A DNA stretch of 64,000 nucleotides from a virus. Lineage: Duplodnaviria; Caudoviricetes. Location of the stretch: the IMG/VR virus record IMGVR_UViG_3300037755_000216, positions 7,017 through 71,016 of that record; one strand, 5' to 3'. The notes beneath the pieces were generated by a model. That model was given only the letters and a program-made list of their open reading frames with translations, did no database searches and was not told where the DNA came from. Positions 57,519 to 64,000 of the stretch are shown in pieces. A program made the position numbers and the translations under genes. Position 1 is the first letter of the stretch; each line of letters starts with the position of its first letter.

Positions 57519-57964
57519 GACATCACCTTGGTAAAGGCCCGTTCGGACGGGCGATAGCCATCGCAGAGGTAGAACTTCTCGATACGTTCGGCGTTCTCGC
57601 CTTCCAGCAGCAGCATGCTCAACCAAGAGCATCCGGCTTGAGAGACGCCCAGCTCAATCGCACGCAGCAGGCGAATGGCGGCGCGTGTGGTTCGATAATC
57701 CGGCTCGACCCACCAAAACATCTCCTGGGCGATGCGGTGCGAATCGTTGAAATACAGCGGTGCGAAGAGTCCGCCGATTCCACCCACGATCCGACCCGCA
57801 TCATCGGCCACGTACAGCAAGCGCTGCTGACGCATGATCGGCAGCCAGCGCAGCATCGATTCAGGCGAGTACGGAATATCGCGATATGCCGTTGTCTCGT
57901 AGAAGTGCTGGCCCACCGCAGCGATGGCATGGAAGTCAGCAGCGGTGGCCTCGCGAATAATCAT
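57494..57964 (-). CDS. GNAT-fold acetyltransferase-like protein
   Basis: MIIREATAADF..., QEMFWWVEPDYR, KFYLCDGY; ATG 57964 coupled. Confidence 0.82.
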   Translation of the reverse strand: MIIREATAADFHAIAAVGQHFYETTAYRDIPYSPESMLRWLPIMRQQRLLYVADDAGRIVGGIGGLFAPLYFNDSHRIAQEMFWWVEPDYRTTRAAIRLLRAIELGVSQAGCSWLSMLLLEGENAERIEKFYLCDGYRPSERAFTKVMSCQPQPQL

Positions 57965-58542
57965 GGAACGCCGACCACGTTGGCGACGCATACCAGCCGG
58001 CCGTCAACGGCATCCTTACCAAAGCCCCCCACAGGTTCGGCGTTATGCATCAGGAACGAGTCGTAGATGAAGGCCCGGTTCTTCTTCATCGGGCAGTGCA
58101 TCACGGTTTCCCATGCGCCCTGGTCGTTGCCATCGCGCTGCCACAGTGCTTCCTCTTCCTTGGTCGTGGGCGTGCGCGCCAGCCCAGTGGCTTTGTGGCG
58201 TCGCAGGCTGGTGCCACCGCGGCAATCCTTCTCTTCGTTGAGGTACAGCACCATCGTCCACTGCCCGATGTTCGAATCGGTGTGGACGCTGTGATAGACA
58301 GGGGTGCCTTCGATCGACAAGCGCAGGTAGATGAACTCACCAGTCACCTTGACGCCCAGCACCTGCGAGAGCTTGAAGAAGACTTCGCCCACGAGCTGCG
58401 GTGGCAGCGGGTGATTGATCAGCGGATACATGACCCCTTCGACGGGGTTCAAATGGTCTTTGAATTCGGCCGTCCTGGCGTACTCGCGGACCGCATCCGG
58501 GTAATCCAGGAAATCATCGATCACTAGAGCATATGGCACCAT
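57961..58542 (-). CDS. DUF6445-like 2OG-Fe(II) oxygenase
   Basis: VIDDFL..PD.VR, VHTD, VLYLN...GGTSL, KNRAFIYDSFLMH, RLV. Confidence 0.75.
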   Translation of the reverse strand: MVPYALVIDDFLDYPDAVREYARTAEFKDHLNPVEGVMYPLINHPLPPQLVGEVFFKLSQVLGVKVTGEFIYLRLSIEGTPVYHSVHTDSNIGQWTMVLYLNEEKDCRGGTSLRRHKATGLARTPTTKEEEALWQRDGNDQGAWETVMHCPMKKNRAFIYDSFLMHNAEPVGGFGKDAVDGRLVCVANVVGVP

Positions 58543-58679
58543 GAAGTCACCTGTTTGGTATGAGTGAACGGAACGCTGGTATCCGTCACATCATCACCGA
58601 TCATCGGCGAGCTTCACAGCTATCACGGGTGTCACATCTAACTGAAGCCTGCGTCCCGGCGCGCAGGCTCAGTGGGGCA

Positions 58680-58970
58680 TCAGGCGAGTGCTGCGCGCGC
58701 GAGTTCCTGGTTAGCCAATTCAGCTTCCACGGCCTTCGCTCTTTCGACGACTGCGGCTTCCGCTTCCTTTACCTTCGCAGCCTGCGCGGCGGCTTCGATC
58801 TCTGCGGGCGACGGGGCTGCCAACTTCGGCTGGGTCGTCTCACGCTTCACCAGTTCCACGGCGCGTTGATAGTTGATCGCCTCGCGCACGGCCTGTTCCA
58901 TGTTGACGGCCTGCGGCTTGGCGTTCTTCAGGAAGGCGTGCAGCAACTGTGCTTCGGTGGGCGTGAACAT
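58680..58970 (-). CDS. Helical hypothetical protein
   Basis: 96 aa, AAGGAG SD. Confidence 0.65.
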   Translation of the reverse strand: MFTPTEAQLLHAFLKNAKPQAVNMEQAVREAINYQRAVELVKRETTQPKLAAPSPAEIEAAAQAAKVKEAEAAVVERAKAVEAELANQELARAALA

Positions 58971-59043
58971 CGAATCTCCTTGGAAGGTGGATCACTGGTC
59001 CGGCCGAGTGTAGCCGCAGGCTGACGCGCCGTCACCATCTCAC

Positions 59044-60288
59044 TCAGTCGATGACCGTGGTGTCATCCCCGGTTCGACGCCAAGCAACCCCGTCATCGTA
59101 TACCAGCGTTCCCGTGCCATTGCCGGTGGTCTCCCCGACCTTCACCCCATCGATGGCGAAGGCGAGGATAAGCGCGCTGGCGCCTGGCGTGGGCAGATCG
59201 GCCACTGCATAGCTCGGAACCGCGGTAGAGCCGACCAACACCTGCTCGCCGTTGTGTAGCAACGCTGGCGTCTGGAAGTCCACCCCAGTGTCCTCATGCG
59301 CCACCAGCCCGCCTTCCCAATCGACATAGAACTGCCCGTAGCAGTGCAGCCGGCCGTAGTCAGCATTGTGGGTCAGGTAGAGCGTGTTCGATGGTCCCAG
59401 TACCAGCCGGCGCTCGTAGTCTGGCAGCACTACCGAGCCGCGGAACGTAGACACCTGCTGTGCATCGTTGCCGTAGATGGTCTCTTCTATCACCGCATCA
59501 TCGGTGCGGATCACCCGGCGCGCATCGGTCAGTGTCGCCTCGTCATCGCTCACTAGGGACTCGACCAAGTCGCCCTCGCTGGATAGGCGCCACTGCTTGA
59601 GCCCTGCAGCTTGTGAGGTGTCGCGCAGATCCAGGTACGCCGCACTGCCCATCTCCACCCGCAGACGCGCGCTGAACGTCCATGGCCCACTGATGGTCTC
59701 GGTACCAGCGTGTAACGGATATTGGGAGTGCGGATCCCCGTTCGTCAGCCCAGCTAGTTCGTTATGTGTGATCTGCGCTTCGACAATCTCGATAGAGCCT
59801 GGGGTGAAGGCCAAGCCTGGCCCGAGGGTGCGCCACACGTTCGCGTTGATCGATTCGCCCCACGTGAAAAGCGCATCGGCACCAGGATCGCCCAAGCCGC
59901 CCAAGCTGATCGCACGCATCGAGTAATAGCCATTCCAGAACTGCAGCACCTGTCCGTGGGCTGGAGATACGAACGTCGCTGGATCGGTTTGCGCAAGTTC
60001 AGCGAAGGCCAGCAACGCAAACCGCGCGTTGTCGACGGCGAACGCTTTGAGTACTTGGCCAGGTGTCAATCCGCTGGTCGTGTGGCTCTCACCGATGCCC
60101 GTCGTGGTGGCCAGCACATGGTCTGCCAGATCATCAGATCCGCCCGCCGAGACTATGGCATTGACTTGCCCGATCAGCGCATTCACGGCCGCCTGTAAGC
60201 GCCGCAATTCGTCGGCCAAGCGGCGAGCCTTCTCACCGTTGTACTGGTTGTCGAACTGAATATGCGTGAGTGGAATCTGATCGGTCAC
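59044..60288 (-). CDS. Tail fibre/tail protein
   Basis: HNELAGLTNGDPHSQY motif and YAVADLP...GTGTLVYDDGVAWRR C-terminus typical of fibres. Confidence 0.65.
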   Translation of the reverse strand: MTDQIPLTHIQFDNQYNGEKARRLADELRRLQAAVNALIGQVNAIVSAGGSDDLADHVLATTTGIGESHTTSGLTPGQVLKAFAVDNARFALLAFAELAQTDPATFVSPAHGQVLQFWNGYYSMRAISLGGLGDPGADALFTWGESINANVWRTLGPGLAFTPGSIEIVEAQITHNELAGLTNGDPHSQYPLHAGTETISGPWTFSARLRVEMGSAAYLDLRDTSQAAGLKQWRLSSEGDLVESLVSDDEATLTDARRVIRTDDAVIEETIYGNDAQQVSTFRGSVVLPDYERRLVLGPSNTLYLTHNADYGRLHCYGQFYVDWEGGLVAHEDTGVDFQTPALLHNGEQVLVGSTAVPSYAVADLPTPGASALILAFAIDGVKVGETTGNGTGTLVYDDGVAWRRTGDDTTVID

Positions 60289-60857
60289 AACGCATACTCA
60301 AACTCGCCCAAGTGTCGCAACCGCAATGAAAGGGCGTAGTCCATCCACACCTCCATCCCAAGCGATCGAGCGCGATCACAAAAATCGTAGTCCTGTGTCG
60401 TGATGTCCTCGGTTCCGGGAACGAATGGATTGCGATACCACGGCAGATCCAGCTTTTCGTACACGCTGGTGCGCACCAGCAGCATCCCGCCCGGCAGCCG
60501 CGCTACTTGGCGCATCAGTGCGTCCGAAGGATCCGGTAACTCCGTATGTGCCGGTGCGTGCGGATGCCGACGCTGCCGATACGTGGCGCCGACGATATCC
60601 TTGTCATGGCTCAGAAAAGTGCCAAGCACGTCCGATGGAAATCGCATATCGCTATCCAGCCATAGGATGTGCGTTGCATTCGCTTCCAGCGCCGCGCGCA
60701 CGATGCTGTTGCGACCGCGCTCGATCGATGTTGCCCGGATATCGGCAGGCACCAAGCCGATGCGATTGATGAAGCAGTAATACAGCATCTCGCCATAGCA
60801 GATCGTGAATCCCTTGTGGACCATGTCGCCTGAAGGCATCCCAATGATGATCTTCAT
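60285..60857 (-). CDS. GT-A fold (family 2-like) glycosyltransferase
   Basis: IIIGMP, RGRNSIV, THILWLDSDMRFP (DxD), GGMLLV, QDYDFC.RAR.LG..VW.D...H.G. Confidence 0.85.
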   Translation of the reverse strand: MKIIIGMPSGDMVHKGFTICYGEMLYYCFINRIGLVPADIRATSIERGRNSIVRAALEANATHILWLDSDMRFPSDVLGTFLSHDKDIVGATYRQRRHPHAPAHTELPDPSDALMRQVARLPGGMLLVRTSVYEKLDLPWYRNPFVPGTEDITTQDYDFCDRARSLGMEVWMDYALSLRLRHLGEFEYAL

Positions 60858-61528
60858 CCGATCACCGAGACTCGCGTGAAGCGATGGACCAGTTTGCTAT
60901 CTGCAAGTCCTAATCCGTCTACTGTGACGCGAAGCTGCACATCCTGGACAGCAGTCATATCGATAGAGGTCGTGTTGTTTATGAACGGATCTAAGGTTCC
61001 ATCCATGTGCATTCCCGTGCTACCCAAAATCCCACTGCTTTCGTTCGCACGGAATTCGTAATATCGCGCTTCGTTGTACTGAAGATTCGCTGAGTTCAAT
61101 GCCTGTATACGTGACTCAAGTTTGAGCATTCCAGTGAACGGAGCTGCACCGGAACCTTTACTTACTGGTATTGCCATAACACCGATGTTTACTCCACCCA
61201 CGCGGTGTGAAAGCTGCATTGTGGTGAAATCTGAAGCTATGTCAGTGCCTTCTTGGACATAGGAAACATACGATTCAAGCAGCAGCTGCTGAGTAGGTCC
61301 CAGTGAGTTAGCCGGCATGGAAAAAGTTGACAAAACCACAGGGCTGGAAACATTAGATGCGGCCTCAGTCGCAGTGAAGTCGATGTTCAGAACGGTATAG
61401 TCACCGCCGCCACCGAACGCAGAGGCTGGCGCACGCCGGCTTTCTCCTCCTTGCACAACCTCCAATTCTTCCGTGCCAGCCAGCGGCAGCGTCGCTGCAT
61501 CCATCTCAGATATTTTTACGTTTGCCAT
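60854..61528 (-). CDS. Minor tail fibre-like protein (low-GC C-terminus)
   Basis: MANVKISEM..A..LAGTE.LEVVQGG N-terminal anchor typical of fibre proteins. Confidence 0.65.
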   Translation of the reverse strand: MANVKISEMDAATLPLAGTEELEVVQGGESRRAPASAFGGGGDYTVLNIDFTATEAASNVSSPVVLSTFSMPANSLGPTQQLLLESYVSYVQEGTDIASDFTTMQLSHRVGGVNIGVMAIPVSKGSGAAPFTGMLKLESRIQALNSANLQYNEARYYEFRANESSGILGSTGMHMDGTLDPFINNTTSIDMTAVQDVQLRVTVDGLGLADSKLVHRFTRVSVIG

Positions 61529-61848
61529 TACAGTTCCTCAACGATGCGGCGATCAGTGGTTTCTTCTACTTCGCGCGGGCGGCCATCCTCTGAGATGCGA
61601 AAGAACGGCAGCGTCTCGATGTTCGATGTGTCTGAGTCCAGCCCTTGCGTGTCGCGCGTAATGATGTGGTACGCGTAAGTGTTCGCATCTCCATCCACGG
61701 CAACATCAACGTAGGTACGTGGATCTGCCGCGGGCACAGCGATCAGGAATGAACGCGCTCCACCGTTCACGCCGCGAAAGATCCGATACTCCAGCAGCGG
61801 ATTCAACCCAACTGCAGCGGCAGTCCATGTGAGGGTAATAGATTCCAT
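61528..61848 (-). CDS. Fibronectin-III-like virion protein
   Basis: ITLTW, YRIFRG, TYVDVAV, YAYHI; RISEDG tail. Confidence 0.6.
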   Translation of the reverse strand: MESITLTWTAAAVGLNPLLEYRIFRGVNGGARSFLIAVPAADPRTYVDVAVDGDANTYAYHIITRDTQGLDSDTSNIETLPFFRISEDGRPREVEETTDRRIVEEL

Positions 61849-61854
61849 AGATTT

Positions 61855-62310
61855 TCAGCGATCTACGCCTAATGCGCCGCCGAAGTCGGCACCGACACTC
61901 ATCATGCCGGTAATGGCGCAGCCGCGCATATCGGCACCGCGAAAGTTTCCGCAACTGCTATCCGCTTGATCAAGCTTCATCCCTCGCATGTCGGCGCCAC
62001 GGGCGTTTATGTATCGCAAGATGGCGCGACTCGCATCAGCCAACGACAGGTTTATGCCAGCCATATACGCGCCCTCAAAGTTGGCGTCGCACAGCCGAGC
62101 TTTTGAGAAATCCGCCGCGCGCAGATCAGCGTGTCGAAAGACACCCCCGTTGAGATTCGCATTGTGCAGGTTAGCGGCCGGCAAACTGGCGTATGACAGA
62201 TCAACGCCTTCGTGAATCGCACTCGTGACGCACTCGATGAGCGACTGCGCGACGCGCTCATACAGTACTTTCCCTAGCTGGTGGCGATGAAGGATCTGAT
62301 AGTTCTTCAT
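61855..62310 (-). CDS. Pentapeptide-repeat protein
   Basis: Tandem A(D/N)Lxx repeats (ANLHN ANLNG...ADLRA ADFSK ARLCD ANFEG). Confidence 0.92.
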   Translation of the reverse strand: MKNYQILHRHQLGKVLYERVAQSLIECVTSAIHEGVDLSYASLPAANLHNANLNGGVFRHADLRAADFSKARLCDANFEGAYMAGINLSLADASRAILRYINARGADMRGMKLDQADSSCGNFRGADMRGCAITGMMSVGADFGGALGVDR

Positions 62311-64000
62311 GGTGAGAACTCGATCGTATATTCTCCCAGATCATCGAACAGCACAGCGCCCGCATTCCATTCCCAAAACGACTGGTCACCACCGAAGTGC
62401 TGGAAGAAGCTGGCAGCAGATGAGAGGAACGTCCTTGGGACATCGTCCTTGTCGATGAAAGACACGCTGGAGAAAATCGATTGCGCTGGTGCTGGAGAAC
62501 CCGCGATTGAAATCGAAAATACCTGCGACCCGGGCGTCATCGATTGCAGAGCCACCAATGTTAAATTCAAGGTGCCCAGCATGGCGTTGATATCTCCGCT
62601 CCATGTTCCTCTCACATCTGTGCAGTATGTGTAGTAGAGCGATGGCAATGGATTATCAGATACGAATCCTAATGCCGTGGCAGTACATCCGGTAGCTGCA
62701 ATCAGGTTGAACTCTGCTACTGGCGTGTCTGGTCCTTCATATTCTGCGCTCAACACTACAGCTCCCGGCGGTATTTGAATAATCGCTTTACCGGTGCGGC
62801 CGCCATAGGTCGTAACCAATACCTGAAACGTGCCAAGCCTGAAGTCATCGCCAGCAAAGCCCGCACTGTACAGACGTAGCGCGATTTGCGATCCCTTCTG
62901 CCTCACGCCAACATCTGTCGTGGCTGTGGTGATGATGTATGGACCCTTGTCTCTGTACGTGGCCTCGCGCGGATAAGCCTTCGCGCGCAGCAGCATGTTC
63001 ATCCGGCCAGACATCCGGTCGAAGTTCGGCGTGATGGCGTTGATCAGCATTACGGCATCTGAGCCACCGACGTGATTGTCGAAGGACTCCAGGAACCAGT
63101 CCTGCGGCGTCGTGGTCTCGCCCTCAACTTCATCTTTTCCCACCTCGTGCTTGTACAGGTAGCCACCGTTCACGGCATACGGATTGGTCTTGTGGCCGGT
63201 GATCACCTCGGACACGTCATGGTAGGCCGTGCGCGTCATCTGCCCGTGATACCAGCAAGCACCCGTTGGGCTGTAGTTGAACGTCACATAGCGGATCGTG
63301 TCGGCCATGGTCGGGTAGAACCACGTCACCTCGTTCTTCGCCATGTACGAGGCGCAGTAGACGCCTTCGGCTTGCGTGCGATCGAAGTCGCCCTCGACGT
63401 TGCGATCCTCATCTCCGAAGATCCGGGTATGGACATCACATTCCAAGACACGCAGTGTCCCGTCGTAAATCATGAAGTCATCGAACACCATGAAGAACAC
63501 GACGCCATTCACGTCCACCGCAGCGTTAGGCCCAACGATCTTGCATGCTCCCAATGGATTGAACCCGAAGATGTCCGATGGGCCGATGAACGGCATGGCG
63601 TACATCTGCGTGTCTGACCACAGGTAATTCTGCGAGCGGCTTTTCACTGCGGCGATCAGGCGCGAGCCGTAGTCCAGGCGCTTGCCACCAGCGGTGTTCA
63701 GCGCACTGGCAATCCAGACGTCGAAGTTCTCCTGTTCGCACCAGCGCACGCGCATCGGATCGGCAACACCGTCTAGACCAGAGCAGCCGACCGCGATCAG
63801 GTAGCGATTCTCAGGATTGACCAAGATGCGCTGGATGTCCGTGGGCGCGTTCGTCACCAGCGTGGCGCGCGAGTTCGGTCCGTTGGTCTTGTCCCACCAG
63901 TACAACTCGCCGTTGATGTAACTAACCACCAGATCCTCGCCCCAGTTGTCCAGCGACCAAGTACGCATCTTCGCCGGCACGCCAGTTCCGACTGCTCGAG
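62307..64000 (-). CDS. Tail tubular/nozzle-like protein, 5' end outside the window
   Basis: Frame open to the window edge; WSLDNWGEDL, DPMRVRWC, beta-propeller-like pattern; extra C-terminal domain. Confidence 0.65.
   Translation of the reverse strand, partial: RAVGTGVPAKMRTWSLDNWGEDLVVSYINGELYWWDKTNGPNSRATLVTNAPTDIQRILVNPENRYLIAVGCSGLDGVADPMRVRWCEQENFDVWIASALNTAGGKRLDYGSRLIAAVKSRSQNYLWSDTQMYAMPFIGPSDIFGFNPLGACKIVGPNAAVDVNGVVFFMVFDDFMIYDGTLRVLECDVHTRIFGDEDRNVEGDFDRTQAEGVYCASYMAKNEVTWFYPTMADTIRYVTFNYSPTGACWYHGQMTRTAYHDVSEVITGHKTNPYAVNGGYLYKHEVGKDEVEGETTTPQDWFLESFDNHVGGSDAVMLINAITPNFDRMSGRMNMLLRAKAYPREATYRDKGPYIITTATTDVGVRQKGSQIALRLYSAGFAGDDFRLGTFQVLVTTYGGRTGKAIIQIPPGAVVLSAEYEGPDTPVAEFNLIAATGCTATALGFVSDNPLPSLYYTYCTDVRGTWSGDINAMLGTLNLTLVALQSMTPGSQVFSISIAGSPAPAQSIFSSVSFIDKDDVPRTFLSSAASFFQHFGGDQSFWEWNAGAVLFDDLGEYTIEFSP

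Noticed and set aside
44488-58527. Plus-strand ORFs opposite the giant and internal virion genes
   Set aside because: Shadow frames with Arg/Pro/Ala-biased, motif-free translations.
1-64000. Integrase, transposase/IS, rRNA, DNA polymerase, tape-measure protein
   Set aside because: No recognisable motifs in any ORF. The 3502-aa ORF has enzyme-like modules typical of an internal virion protein, not a tape-measure pattern.

Overview
The whole window is tailed dsDNA phage sequence, GC-rich at roughly 60%. A podovirus-like virion is inferred: portal, HK97-type capsid, tail tube and large internal virion proteins are present, and no tape-measure gene is seen. Spanins point to a Gram-negative host. 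The morphogenesis operon runs on the minus strand from terS/terL through portal, groES, scaffold, capsid and fibres off the left edge. It apparently re-enters at the right edge (tail tube, fibres, internal proteins, a 3502-aa polyvalent protein, endolysin, holin), so the genome looks circularly permuted. The middle holds a leftward early/replication arm (ECF sigma, NADAR, Lar, replication proteins, DUF5131, Ref, RusA) and a rightward arm (YqaJ, Bet, DEDD exonuclease, two J-domain proteins, spanins, 2OG oxygenase). Two tRNAs are present (Met-CAT, Glu-TTC). I saw no integrase, DNA polymerase, reverse transcriptase, rRNA or CRISPR array. Best second-look items: (1) a NADAR gene bracketed by near-exact direct repeats, with a chimeric 5' end; (2) a recurrent intergenic GTGAYR-NN-GTGAYR motif over promoters; (3) a promoter-and-terminator-defined ~96-nt antisense RNA upstream of the replication gene; (4) fibre repeats identical in protein but almost fully recoded in DNA; (5) a glycosyltransferase, oxygenase and GNAT set among virion genes; (6) the multi-enzyme giant virion protein. 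All family assignments are by motif recognition from memory; no database search was run.
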